A stretch of 64,000 nucleotides of DNA, from assembly GCA_965153285.1 (NCBI GenBank), contig OZ229119.1. The stretch is one strand, 5' to 3'. The notes under the pieces were generated by a model, which saw only the letters and a list, made by a program, of their open reading frames with translations, had not been told where the DNA came from and did no database searches. The DNA comes from Podarcis tiliguerta (lineage: Eukaryota). Each line of letters opens with the position of its first letter. Within the stretch, counting starts at the first letter, position 1. The translations under genes and the position numbers were made by a program. This document shows, in pieces, positions 23,361 to 36,636 of this stretch.

Positions 23361-24375
23361 GGGTGGCATCGCTAAACTGCAGAAAAGACAAATTGTCCAC
23401 ATCTTTGACAATGCTGCTGTTGATATAACAAGATGTAATCCAAATTAGATTGTGTAGTTTATGTTTCACCAGTTAGAAATCCTGTTGACTTGCTAAATGT
23501 TTTTGTATATTTCTTACATTACTAACCTTCTGAACTAAGAGTGCAATTTAACTGGCTAACAGTGCGGTCAGACTACTCAAACTTACACCTGTCTGCTCAG
23601 AAGCAAGTCTCATTGAGTTCAATGGTACTTACTTCCAGGTAAGTGCAACAGGATTATAGCTTCAATCTACTTCTTATTTGAAGCAATCCCAACATTCATT
23701 GGTGTGATATGTGAAATGCACGGGGTGTGGGTTTGAGAGGAGAATTATGACTAAACAGCAAATGATTGAAATTCATTGGTTCATTAACTTTCACAAGACT
23801 GCCAGCAATTAGTCAGACTGCGTTTTCGTGAATATGTCAATTATACAACATTGCTGCAGAATGTTACTATGATTAATAACCAGCAGAAATGTTCAAAAGG
23901 CTGTACAAATTAAAATAAATGTATACCACAGCTATGAGTATCATGTCAATTTTCAGTCCCTGCTCATTGAGGGCAGGAGGGGCGAGATGTCGTGAGAATG
24001 ATCAGAGTCTATGTAAGGGTTTGTATACAAAGGGTAAACCAGGAATCCCTTGATGTGGCCGCCATATGCAAAATGATAGATATGGGCTGCAATGTTTAGT
24101 TCAACGATCACGTTGATTAAAAACATTGTGCTTGCTTAAAAGGGTACCCCCTGATGAAACTGGCAGCAGATATTTCACACCAGAGAGAGGCTTCTTTTAA
24201 GATGAGTCACCCACATTCATCACCTAATAACAAGGGGAGAGTGCTTTGGGCTTAACAATTCTTGTTATCCATATGCAATTGTATGCAGATTATACGGTTA
24301 AATTAACCAATAAAACTCATAAATTGGTTGATGTGTTTATTTCAATGCCCAACCAAAATGATCCAACCAAACTTT

Positions 24376-24463
24376 CAGCACAATCCTATGCCTGTCTAAG
24401 TGAGTAAGTCCCATGGAATTCAACAGAAATTACTCTCGTGGAAACATGTACAGAATTGCAGCC
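24376..24463. mobile_element. ~90-bp palindromic MITE copy
   Basis: cagcacaatcctatg...agaattgcagcc|tta. Confidence 0.55.
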
Positions 24464-24697
24464 TTAAACATGGCTAAAGGGCCTCTTAGCTGTGACACTG
24501 AAACTGCGAAACTCCCACCCCATCAAGGTTTGCTTCTTTTCATCTTTATTGGCCTTTTGGTTCCAGGCAAAGGCAGTTTTATTCTAGAGACCATTTGAGA
24601 TTATTTGTATTTTCTGCCATTTAATTACCTAAGCTTGCTACAACTGTTTGTCCTGTTTAATTGTCTGATGGGTGCTTTCATGTATATTGTGGCTTGT

Positions 24698-24699
<2 letters not shown>

Positions 24700-24739
<40 letters not shown>

Positions 24740-24740
24740 A

Positions 24741-24781
<41 letters not shown>
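24700..24781. repeat. (TA)n microsatellite interrupted by CCAGAA
   Basis: Read directly from the sequence. Confidence 0.95.
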
Positions 24782-24787
<6 letters not shown>

Positions 24788-26498
24788 TATTGAGAGAATT
24801 AAGCACGTGCTTAATTTTTTCCCATTGAAATCAATGGCCACTTCCTCCTGGGTAAGTACATGTAGGAATGCATCATAGACATATCTGCTCATCTGCTCAA
24901 AAGTACGCACTCTTTAATTCAAGGAGACTTACTCCCAGGTAAGCATATATAAAACTGCATCTTACATCTGGCACTGAGCCCTAATTTCTAATCTGATGCA
25001 CATTGTCTCATGCCTTCTTTTCCCTCAAGTGCCAAAAATGGTCTACACATTGCCAATGCTTCTTTTACTTTCTCCTCTGTGCTGTAATTCATCTTCCCCC
25101 TCAGCTATTACAGTTTATTTGGGAAGGTTTTTTTATGCTGTACAGTACATTGCACATAAGTCAAAACAATTTTCAATTTAATTTGCAGTCCCCATAGGAC
25201 ACTACAAGCATTTGCTTATTGCAGTCTATATAAACGAAGAGATAAAGTATACACTGAGGCTATACAGTTAGGCTGCTCAGTTGGTTTTATAAGATTGTTT
25301 ATAGAGCATTTTTCACTGTACACAGTGCAATATATAAAAAGTGGCTTGGATAATGTATTGTCTAATACAGATTGAATCACTGTTTCACAGCACTGAAGTT
25401 TTGGACATGCTGCCTCAAAAGAGATAAACAATCGAGCAATTCACAGGGTAGTATATAAAGGCAGATTGAAACTGCTTTGCTTCTTAAAGAAAGAAATCTT
25501 GGAATATTTTCCCCTAGTCCAGGAACCACAAGCCTTTTTGGGTCAGTGGGTGCATTTGGAATTTTGAGGTGGTGCTGTGGGTGCCGGCCACAAAATGGGT
25601 GCAGGGTATTTGTGACATACCACAAAATGGCTGTCATAGGGCAGCTGCATATCACAAAATGGCTGTTACAAAAGAGCAGGAAAAGAAACAGGGATGCAAA
25701 ATGGTGCAGACGCGCCTGCCCATCAATGGGGGGAAAACACACCCATGTCAATCACTGCTACACTTGCTCCCAGAGAGAAGCTCTTTGCACCTCTCCTCTG
25801 TTCAGAATGAAACAGTTGTTCTCCAATCCTGGCGTCCAGTGAAATGTGGGTATATTTAAGGGGATATGTTTAATGTAGGAGAAGCCAAGCCAGTGCAAAC
25901 AGGAACTGAACATGAACCAGGAGACTAATTTCTTGTGCTTTATTTTTGAGGGAGTATTTCTGAGGGAATACTTTTGAGGGAATATTTACTGAGACCCACA
26001 GACTCTGAACTGGTGTTGACTGCCCTAGTCTTCCTATTTTAGTCAACTATGCATATATTATTTCATTGAGAATATAATCCAATGGCACATTTTTCCATTG
26101 AACAAATGGGAGCTCTTGAAAGAAATGATAAGTTTGTCGGCAGCTCCACAAGTTCCTATAGGTGATGAGGCCACCATATGTTTGACCGCCATCTTCAATG
26201 CTGATTCCAGAGCTGTTCCACAGCAGACAACAGAACCAAATTCAGGCAGCTCTTTCCGTGTAGAAGCTGCCCTAAAATAAACTTAGCCACATAGCATCTG
26301 TCACCCCACAATAAACTCCTTATCACATGGAATGGGTTACCTTTGACCCTGCTACTGGAACTTTTGTTTTACGATGTTTGCAGTGGTGTACTAAAAAGCA
26401 CGCAACTCACACAATAAACAGACTCACCCAAACTATTTACAAAGTGACACCACCTGTTACACAGAGCAATTTAAAAGAGCCTCCACATAGAGGCCCAC

Positions 26499-26700
26499 AA
26501 TAATAATAAATAATAATAAATTTTTATTTATACCCTGCCCTTCCCGGTTCAAAAACCGGGCTCAGGGCAGCTAGCAACAAATCTAAAACACTTAATTGTA
26601 AAAGCAGCATAAAATACAGTATAAAAACATCAATAACAATAAAATTTAAAGTTCAGAAATCAATTTAGGGGAAATCCATCTAATAAGCATTAGATAATCA
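26499..26700 (-). mobile_element. L2-type LINE 3' tail
   Basis: (TTA)n tail on the minus strand next to a stem-loop (cccggtt-caaa-aaccggg) and a T-rich 3' UTR. Confidence 0.6.
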
Positions 26701-26936
26701 CCAGGGCTAGCTGGCTGAATTAGTCCTACTTGGGCCAGTGAGGAGGCCAGGGGAGAATTAGCTGTGGGGTCTCAGAGCGGGTAATCTTCATAAAAGTTAA
26801 CAAGTTTGAGAACAGGTACCAGAATCAGCTATGTATAAACTACAACCAGAATAAAGAACTGCCCTTGCAGACAGAACTGACTGGAATTAAAGATCTATAC
26901 AAGTAATGGGCACAAGTTCAATAAAAATGTATAGAT

Positions 26937-27118
26937 CAGGGATCAGCAAACTTTTTCAGCAGGGGGCTGGTCCACTGTCCCTCAGACCTTGGGGGGGGGG
27001 GACCAGACTATATTTTGGGGGTGGAAATGAATGAATTCCTATTCTCCACAAATAACCCAGAGATGCATTTTAAATAAAAGCACACATTCTACTCATGTAA
27101 AAAGACCAGGCAGGCCCC
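26937..27118 (+). mobile_element. OC1-like hAT MITE, 3'-truncated
   Basis: Collinear with 17806-17985. Confidence 0.85.
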
Positions 27119-27881
27119 TGTAATTTTGTGGGGAGAGTCAGTACACAGGCTCCCTTGCAAATACATACTATAATCTCATCTATTCAGTCTGATCAGTCAT
27201 GAAAGAGAAGTTTCTACTTCAAATCTGAAACTGTATCATGACCCACAGTGGGGACTTTCTATTATAGATAAAACTGAGTGTGGGCTTAACTTTATAACTA
27301 AACAGAGTGTGGGGGGGGGGGACGGACAAAACCCATCCTTTCCCCCATCTTACTTCCCCAGGTTCTACTACTGCTTCAGTTACTCTGCTTTCCTGTATCA
27401 CATAACCTCCTCCAGAATGCAGCATTGCACACCTAAATACTAAACGGACAAGCATCTTAAGAACATGTTTGCACCTATCACAAAATGTAGACCTGCTACG
27501 GTGGTGTTTACTTTTTGAGGGAGAAGTTAAGCAGCTCAAGTCCATCTACAATAATGCATAAAAACATTTTTCTGTGGCTAGGGGTGTGTGCCACAGAGCC
27601 ACCTCAAGACATTTTGCTGCCTGAGGCAAAGGACAAGATGGTGTCCCTCACCCAATGCCAGGTAAAGAAGCCAACTGGACTGAGAATTGAATCTTACCTC
27701 AGTACTGATGACAGGGCATCCTCCACCATACCTGAGGGCAACTGGCTAGCCCAGAGGGTGCATATGAAGATGCTCCTTCATGTGTGCATTGAGATGTGCA
27801 TCTAATTTACACCCCACAGTTCCTAAACCAATACATGATACAGATGCAGAGGCCAGCTTAGACAATAGGGATCACCTGCAC

Positions 27882-27965
27882 TAATAATAATAATAATAAT
27901 AATAATTTTTTATTTGTACCCCGCCCATCTGGCTGGGTTTCCCCAGCCACTCTGGGCGGCTTCCA
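27882..27965 (-). mobile_element. L2-type LINE 3' tail
   Basis: Reverse complement reads tggaagccgcccagagtggctggggaaacccagccagatgggcggggtacaaataaaaaa(tta)n. Confidence 0.7.
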
Positions 27966-28672
27966 CAAAGACCAAAAATACACAAAGATACGCTAATTTG
28001 GGCTGAGAACCTTTGCACCTTCTCCATCTATCCATTTTTCTATTATATATACAAGTAGGAATTGTAATCATACACTTTCAATTGGGAAATTCAGGCTTGC
28101 AAGAGAAACTGTTCCCTGAAAGTTTCATTTGAGCGCTGCAAATGGTGCATACTTGCTATATTGCATTTTGCTTATAGAGGATAATTTGGAATATTAAAAA
28201 AAAAAGTAAGAATGACAATTAACACGACCTGCAGGCATGGATAAAAAGCACAGGAATGGTTCAAGTAACATAATTTGGTACTCCCGCTTCCTCACTTAAA
28301 TGACTCCTTTCTTTTCAAATGCTCTTATACCTGAAGGGAATGAGTATCAAGAAATGACATCAGCTACAAAACCAGCTGCGAGACCAACTGGATTTCCTTC
28401 CCCAGGGTAAGTATTGTGACAAAATAGCTAGGCTTAGCTCTAAAGATATATTTTTATTTCCTTATAGGCATATGCAGTTTGCATTTGCAAAAGCACTTAC
28501 TCTGAAAATTGCTTTTATTTCTAACAAAGCAAAATGCAAAATGCATTGCTAAAAGTGTGGCTTGCAAATGGTAATGCCTCACAACAAGAGCCTTTTAGTC
28601 CCTTCCAATTTTAGGGGTCTTACACTGCGATGTTGTCATTTCTTTCTTTTGATACAATGCAAATAACACAAC

Positions 28673-29436
28673 CTTGATGGCAGAAAGTGAGGAGGAATTA
28701 AAAAACCTTTTATTGAGGGTGAAAGAGGAGAGCACAAAATATGGTCTGAAGCTCAACATCAAAAAAACGAAGATCATGGCCACTGGTCCCATCACCTCCT
28801 GGCAAACAGAAGGGGAGGAAATGGAGGCAGTGAGAGATTTTACTTACTTGGGCTCCATGATCACTGCAGATGGTGACAGCAGCCACGAAATTAAGAGACG
28901 CCTGCTTCTTGGGAGGAAAGCAATGGCAAACCTAGATAGCATTTTAAAAAGTAGAGACATCACCTTGCCAACAAAGGTCCGTATAGTAAAGGCTATGGTT
29001 TTCCCAGTAGTGATGTATGGAAGTGAGAGCTGGACCATAAAGAAGGCTGATCGCCGAAGAATTGACGCTTTTGAATTATGGTGCTGGAGGAGACTCTTGA
29101 GAGTCCCATGGACTGCAAGAAGATCAAACACATCCATTCTTAAGGAAATCAGCCCTGAGTGCTCACTGGAAGGACAGATCGTGAAGCTGAGGCTCCAATA
29201 CTTTGGCCACCTCATGAGAAGAGAAGACTCACTGGAAAAGACCCTGATGTTGGGAAAGATGGAGGGCACAAGGAGAAGAGGACGACAGAGGACGAGATGG
29301 TTAGACAGTGTTCTCGAAGCTACAAACATGAATCTGACCAAACTGCGGGTGGCAGTGGAAGACAGAAGTGCCTGGCGTGCTCTGGTCCATGGGGTCACGA
29401 AGAGTCGGACACGACTGAACAACTAAACAACAACAA
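28673..29436 (+). mobile_element. Bov-B (RTE) LINE, 5'-truncated, with an uninterrupted 250-codon RT C-terminal frame
   Basis: ORF 28674-29426 (LMAESEEELKNLLLRVKEES...TKSRTRLNN), (CAA)n tail. 13-bp TSD CAAATAACACAAC at 28660-28672 and 29437-29449. Confidence 0.96.
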
Positions 29437-30905
29437 CAAATAACACAACTATTGGGTGCTGCACAGGAATGGCAGGACTTTCTGACTATTTTGGCCCCAG
29501 GATCTATATCATCCAAAACCACACAAGGAATCAGTTTCATCAAGGGTGACAGAATGGAAGTCCTATCTGTACTACAGATATATATCATTTTATACCAGTT
29601 TCGCTGCTTAAGAAATAACCCTCTGGTTTTACCTGTTGCCATACTTTTACGTTGTGACTATCATTTTTATATTGTTGTTGAATTGTGGACTGTTTTTTGC
29701 TGTTAGCCACCTTGATTACTTTAAAGGGTGAGATAGAAAAGGGTGTTTTTAAGTCATTTTAAAGGAACAGAGGTAAAATAGCTCCTCTGCAAGAAAACAA
29801 TGGTTCGGAGACCATTACCCAAGGTAAATGTTGCCAGATTTTAAAAGAGAGGATTTATCTCCAGAGCCTTTCTTCCCCGATTTATCTGCAGACAATTTAA
29901 GTCTTCAATTAGCTCCAGACTTTGCTGGAGTAAAACCCTAGCTCCTGGAATCCTGGAGCCACTAAATTCTGTCCCAGTGTGATTTGGAGCTGTCCGTGGT
30001 CCTGAACTTCTGTTTTGCCCTCTCAGTATGGTTCCAGAAGACCTGTTTACTGACCATCCATCCTGATTTGTTTGTAGGAAGATTAGATGGCACGGGCTAT
30101 TTAAGGATTTGTTTGTGGAAAGGGTAGATAATACCCAGACCCACACCATATATTTACAGCTCCTATACCACCTTAAGACTTATGGCTTCCCCCAAAGAAC
30201 CCTGGGAATGGAAGCTTGTTAAATGTGGTGATAGTTCTTAGGAGACCCCCGTTCTCCTCACTGAATTACAATTAGGTCCTTATGGCACAAAGAGCTGAAC
30301 TAGCCTTATTTTCAGCACAGCCATGTGAAATGGAGCATGACATATGAATTTATAAACTGGAAGAACATTTGCAAATAGCCTTCCCTGCCCAAAATATTCC
30401 TTATATTGATTGTATTTTTGGTTTCAGAACTGTACCAGAATTAAGTCAAAAGTTGTGTGCATATAGCAATAGCACGCAATTAACTTTGTAATAGATCTTA
30501 AACCGTTGAGCTGTGAAAACTGCTCATATTTAGCATGGATCAGCAGTCACTGTCATAGATTGTGGACACTTGTGGACACTAATCTCTGGGACCTAGTACA
30601 TGTTCAGCAACAGCAAGCATCTTAAGAGCCAAGATTACGTACATCTTAAAACATCTGCAAATGGCCTGTTGGCTTGACTCACCAGAAGAGCCAGCAAGGC
30701 TGGAGCCCTGAGCAATCCTAGAACCACACAAGTACATAAATGGCCAATAAGGTAACTTGCAAGGATTTCAGAACAGAATGCAAGATTACTACAGATTTCT
30801 AGGCACCAAACTAAAATGAATAGAGTAGTTCAATGAATGCCTCAATAATGCAAGACTGCTTCCTCCAGACAGTTCCAGTGACATCACTGGAGTAAGTATA
30901 GAGTA

Positions 30906-31129
30906 CAGTGGTACCTCGGGTTACATGCGCTTCAGGTTGCAGACTCCGCTTCAGGTTACAGTACCTCGGGTTAAGAACTTTGCTTCAGGGTGAGAACAGA
31001 AATCGTGCAGCGGTGGCGCAGCAGCAGCAGGAGGCCCCATTAGCTAAAGTGGTACCTCAGGTTAAGAACAGTTTCAGGTTAAGAACAGACCTCCGGAACG
31101 AATTAAGTACTTAACCCAAGGTACCACTG
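30906..31129. mobile_element. Tc1/mariner MITE
   Basis: TA|CAGTGGTACCTCGG...CAAGGTACCACTG|TA. Confidence 0.92.
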
Positions 31130-32236
31130 TACACAGTTTGAACCAGTGAGGCGACAACAGAATAAAGGATTGCACAGACAACCAATCTGGGGAACAAAGG
31201 GAGCACCTTCAGCTCAGCAGCCGTGAAACTGTGATGCTAGTTCAACTCTGACAATAGCGTGACCACTCTTCCAGCTTAACATAAAGAATGAATCTTTCTG
31301 CAATGAAAGTAGCCTTGCAAACCAAGTGGAAAGCTGCTTGCTTTTTTAAAAAGACAGTAGCTGTGTTCACTAGTGCTACAGGGAGAAAAGTGCAAGCCCT
31401 TTGGGAGAAAACACATTAAAAATATAATGGCAGAATGATTGTAATGACTATAATCATTCTCAACACCATCATTATCTGGTAGGTTAAAGTAGGCACAATA
31501 TTTTAAGAGCAGTCATGAGGTTCTTCACCAGTAGCATTAACTTGTTTTTGCCTTGCATTACAGATGGACATTCCAGCAAGTCAAGTGCTGAATCGGCCCT
31601 CAGTTCTACACCTCAATGCATCTTCAGAGCTGACAGATAGCTCTCAGCAATCTTCATGTGTTTCACTCTGCCTTGCTTTTCCAAAATGCAGGTTTCTCTA
31701 CACATACCTATCTTAACCTCTTCCCTTTCTCTGGGATGGCCTGTGGAGAAAATAAATTCTTTCCTATCACATGGCATCCCCAAAATGGCACTTGTAGGTG
31801 CTTTGATACCTTCAGACACATGCCCCTTGGTGCCCCACAAAGCCCCTGCCCTTCCCTGTTGGTTCTGAGTAACACCAGTTTTTCCTTCTTTGAAGTGGGT
31901 ATTTTGTGATGTCCACAACAGTTTTTTAGAGTTACCAATAGTGCCCCCCTGGGGTCCAAAAATGTTGGGGGTCCCTGCCATAGCCTCTGCTTACATCCCA
32001 AGGATTCCAGATATGATCTCTGTACATTTGCCAGCCATTAGCTCCCATTAAAAAAATACCTACTAGCTATTCTGGACCATTGGTTAACAACCTGCTTGAC
32101 AAAAGAGACAAACAGTCCAGTGGTCAGAACAATACCTAAGTGTTATGTTATGTTACTTAATTTCTCTGTCTGTCTGTCTCCTACTCCACCCTAACATTTT
32201 TTATATATTCTCTTAACATCTGCTACTTCATACTAA

Positions 32237-32326
32237 GGCTGCAGTTCTAATCATACTTACCTGGGAGTAAGCCCCACAAAATATAATGGGACTTAATTCT
32301 GAGTAGATATGGTTAGGGTTGTGCTG
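32237..32326. mobile_element. ~90-bp palindromic MITE copy
   Basis: taa|ggctgcagttctaatcatacttacctgggagtaagcccca...gggacttaattctgagtag...ttgtgctg. Confidence 0.6.
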
Positions 32327-34596
32327 AAAAGAATGTCTTAAAGGTACACAGTTGGGGGAAATATATATACATGCATAATGTAGTACTAATTTGTATTACA
32401 CAAGTTCTTTGGATGCTGTTTCGGTAGCCTGTTTTCTTGGGTCTTGCCCTGGCTTCAGTAGACACAAATATTCCAATTTTAAAATATTTATATCACCAGC
32501 CTCTTTAGATTAGCCCAACTAACATCTCCTCCTCTGCCCTGTCATTTCCTGACATCAGTGTACTGTCCTCAGCACACTGCACATGAACTGACTAGTAAGC
32601 AAGATTATACATAGCAAGTGCTGACAAAATCATGAATCCATGCAAAAGACACAGGCCATTCTGAGTGACATCAAGACAGGAGAGCCTGTTGGACTGGCTG
32701 GCTGTTTTGACAACATTTGCTGAAGAAGAAAAGAAAAAAAGAAACTTGTATGCCAATGAAAAGGTTGACACAAAAGAAGCAGCTTGAAAATCAGTAATAG
32801 CTCATGGCAGACAGGAACTGTAAGAAGAAAGGGAAGGGGGAAATAGTCAACAGGACACAGGGGTCGTTGCTGAGGGCTGGATAAGTCCTGCTAAACACTT
32901 AGCAAATGCTTTGATTTATCATTATCCCATGGGGGCAATTCAGAAGCCTACTACACTGGTGTATTCATACTGACTGCAATAGGGGGTGTAAACATGTACA
33001 CTCAGAGAATCTAGCTATTGCTGTGAATGACTCAGCAAAAGATTTCAACAGGGAGGCTTGCTAAAATAAATGAAGACATGATATGAGCAGGGACACTGTA
33101 TATAAAATCCTTAAGATCCATTTGTGAGCATGACGTGTGGGGAATTAAATATATGAATCCATGTGTGAGTAAACAACAAAAAGAAACAGTTGGGTGCCTG
33201 AATTCAAAACATGGGGCTAATACACAGAGATCTCCAGCAGCAGGGTATTAAATTCACAAAATAAACAGCACAGTGAAGCATCAGGAATATAGGCTGTTAA
33301 ACCTTTTTATCCAGCTTCAGCTACACACAGCAGCTAACCTCTTTCTACCCTCTCTTGCAACGAGCAGACCACACACTGTTAAGTAAGTTTAAAATGCTAT
33401 ACTTACAGATTCAAGGACTCAGTCATGCATTGTTCCATGCAACAGCAAGGATAAAACAAGCAGAATGCTCTTCAGTAGAAAAGACAGCAAGACAGCTTCA
33501 GACATGTGCTCTAAGTTCTGAACTAGCTTAGACACATCCGTCTTTGTTGGCTACATGATGCAGAGAGAGAGAGAGAGGAAGGAAGAGGAAAGAAACTTCA
33601 CTTCCTCCCAGGAGAGAGGGTGTGACTTAACTATCTAGCAATATGGGAAGCTTTTAGCATTATTTAATGATCAACATACCAGAAAAGGCCCCACATTTCT
33701 GTATAGCAGAATGCTGTGGAAGGTACAGAATAGAGACAGGGTGCAAAGAGCATGGGAGGGATGTGGGATAATCTAATAGTATTGATGTTATTCTTTCCTT
33801 GAGCCATCTATTCTACCAACTTTTGTCATATATGAATGAATATAACAAATATTAAGGTAAAAAAAAAAAGGACACTTTTAGATTCTGCAGTATTCTTAGC
33901 AGATCATTTTCAGGTCCACCCCACCATCTAATTATCTGGCTATCAGATATCTGGCCAGCCCACCAATTGGATAAAGGGATTATTTGGCACAGGTGTCATG
34001 TTTGAGAGGATTGCTGTAAGTGTATAGAGTACCTAGTGGCTTGAGTACAGCGGCTGTGCTACATACATCAAGAAAGCACACTTCAGGCCCTTCTAGCCTT
34101 ACCTTATTTAACATAATGATAAGGGGAAACAATGCATCAGGTGAGAGCAGCAGGAGTAAGTATGAATTCATTTTCTTTTTACTCAGTTTTGGGCCTGCTT
34201 TGAGTTTTCCTGTATGGCTTACAGTAATCAGCCACACAAATTGACAGAAATCAGGATTAAAATGTGGAACCTGAATAACAAATGAAAATTGTACTTAAAA
34301 GCCTGGGTGCGTAAAATGGGTTTTGCCCCCTGCTGAAAAAGCAGAAGTACAGGTTGTGAGTGTGTGGACAGGTGCCTGGGGGGGGAACCCTAGTCCTTGT
34401 TTACTTGCCTGTTGGTAGGTGAGTCACAAAGGGCCTCTGAAGAGGATGTACCTCATTGTTTAGGGAGGTTTATGTGGGTAGGGGTGCTTTAAATAAGAGA
34501 AAAGGATGAGAACCAAAACACATAGGCTTTATTTTTGGTTCCTTAGTGCTGAACACAGTAGTAAGGAAAAAGCTCACTTAGTGTGGGTGTCTTCTC

Positions 34597-35021
34597 TGTT
34601 AGAATTCCTGCTCTGTGATTGCAGTCATGGGATTGTTGTCTGTCACATGACGGTGTATGTTTTGACTCCACAGAGTGGGAAGTGATGAAGGCAGGATGTT
34701 TGTGTTACTGTGTTCTGTGAAGTGGGACTATTGTCCTTTGTTCTTTCACTTTGCTGTCTGATGCTAGAGAAAGAGGGAGCCATGTTGCAGTGCTCCGTGT
34801 GTGTTTATATGTAAATAGAGTTGATTAGCCAAAATGCTGAGTTGCTGAGGTCTGTTACGCAAGCTGTGAAGACTCTGCGGATCCCTAAGTGTGCCGATGT
34901 CTGTTGGCATCGGTCGCTGTGATGTTCGGGCTGAATAAAGCTTTTGAAGCTCCCGAAAGAACGACCAGGAGGGAGAGAACATGCTAGTCAGGCATGTGTC
35001 TCTACCAGGGTCCTGCTCAAC
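34597..35021 (+). mobile_element. Probable solo LTR
   Basis: Starts TGTTAG and ends ...CTCAAC. CpG-rich, with a TATA-like tttatatgtaaata and AATAAA at about 34934. Similar layout to the 15853 LTR, but no TSD resolved. Confidence 0.55.
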
Positions 35022-35488
35022 TGGCTGGAATTTCTTACCTTCTTATTCTATGCACTGAGTTTCACAGGACTGTTTCTCTGGCCTTTTATCTTGTTTGTTG
35101 TTAGCTGCTTTGGCACCATTGTGTGGAAAGGTGGCTTATTGTTCTTGATAGTGACAGAGTTGTTGATAATCCTGAACGGGCATCTATCTAGGTGTGCAAA
35201 TGCCTAGATGTGATTTCGTTAGCGTCCTTCCTTATCCAGTACAATATACCTCAAGATAGGCCTGGTTTTGAAAGAGTAACCTGAAGTTTGTCTCCTAGAA
35301 ACCATCCAAGCGTCTTGTATATTATATTTTAACATGTCTCCATGTTCCTGTTGTGCTTAGTATGTCATTTTAGCATGATGGAGAATATTAAGAAGTACCG
35401 GTACTTACAGCTCCTTGCAGCTTTAAGAACAGATGTTTGAAACATAATTTCTGTGGTGCACCCAGCCTTTGGATTGAATCAAGACAAA

Positions 35489-35577
35489 GGCTGCAATCCT
35501 AGGCATGTTGACTTGTAAGTAGCTCCATTTAGCTGAGTGGGATTTGTCTCTCAGAAAATGTGCAGAAGATTGCACTG
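35489..35577. mobile_element. ~90-bp palindromic MITE copy
   Basis: ggctgcaatcctaggcatg...tgcagaagattgcactg. Confidence 0.55.
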
Positions 35578-35826
35578 TTACACAGGGCCCATTTTTAAAA
35601 AAACTTGAAAAAGTTAGCGATGACTTAGGTCTCATTTATTTCACTGGGAACTAAATGCAACTTACAGTGCAATTCTTTGTCTGTTCAGGAGTAACTTGTT
35701 GAGTTAATGGAACTTACTTCCTCGTAAGCATACCTAAGATGGCAGACTTAGTCTGGCTCCCACCTATTTGCTTAAAATTAATAATGCTTGTGTTGCGTTA
35801 GACATGCCAAAAGAACATAGGTGAAA

Positions 35827-35890
35827 TCATAGAACCGTGCTGTTGGAAGGCACCCCAAGGCTCATCTAGTCCAACCCCCTTGGAATAAGG
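35827..35890 (-). mobile_element. CR1 LINE 3' terminal remnant
   Basis: atcatagaa...gttggaaggcaccccaaggctcatctagtccaacccc is the reverse complement of a CR1 3' end with the TTCTATGAT tail unit. Confidence 0.7.
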
Positions 35891-36636
35891 AATAAAAACA
35901 AGAAGTTACCTTTGATAACTTCAAAATATGCAATTGAAAGTGGCTCTGAATACAGATCCTTATATATGCACATATATACATACTGTACGTGTGTGTGTCT
36001 GCTTCTGTATATTGCTTACGTTAACCAAAACTACCACTAAGAAATAATGACCTTTTAAACTTTTTGTCAGCTCTCCTGACAGAAAAGGGATAATAACCCT
36101 AGATAAGTAGAAGGTTGGGGTGATTGGCACATAGGGTTGAGTAATTTTCAAAAAACCACTGCAGCTGTTCCTTTAAGAATATCCTGATGTGCAGACATTA
36201 GCAGGATATAATGTCTATCAAAATGGCCTGACTTCATCTGCTGATGTCTGTACATCAAGCTGCTCTTAAAGTCATAGGAGCAGGCCAGCCCAGTTATCTT
36301 TCTGATTATCTGACAACTCTTCAAGTTCAGAATCAAATATGACTTATTTTATATTTAAACTGTAGTTTCAATTTTTCACTGTGACCCCATATCACAATTC
36401 TGTTTGACATTTTAGTATTGGTTTCCCATCCTATGAGCAACATGGTCTTTGTTTTGCAACTTTTCAAAAAATATATCTATGTAGTTTCTCTCATAAAAAA
36501 AAACCTACATGCTTGAAGTTAAATATGAAATAGTATGGTACCGGCTAAAGATAGACAGGTAGAAGGAATTTGGCACGAGAGGTTGATTTGATGCATACAC
36601 TGCAAGATATGAATAGGAGTTGAACACTTAGTAACT

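Noticed and set aside
28674-29426. 250-aa ORF as a host gene or active retrotransposon
   Set aside because: It is a 5'-truncated Bov-B lacking the endonuclease and the RT catalytic core, so it cannot be autonomous. The antisense ORF is its mirror.
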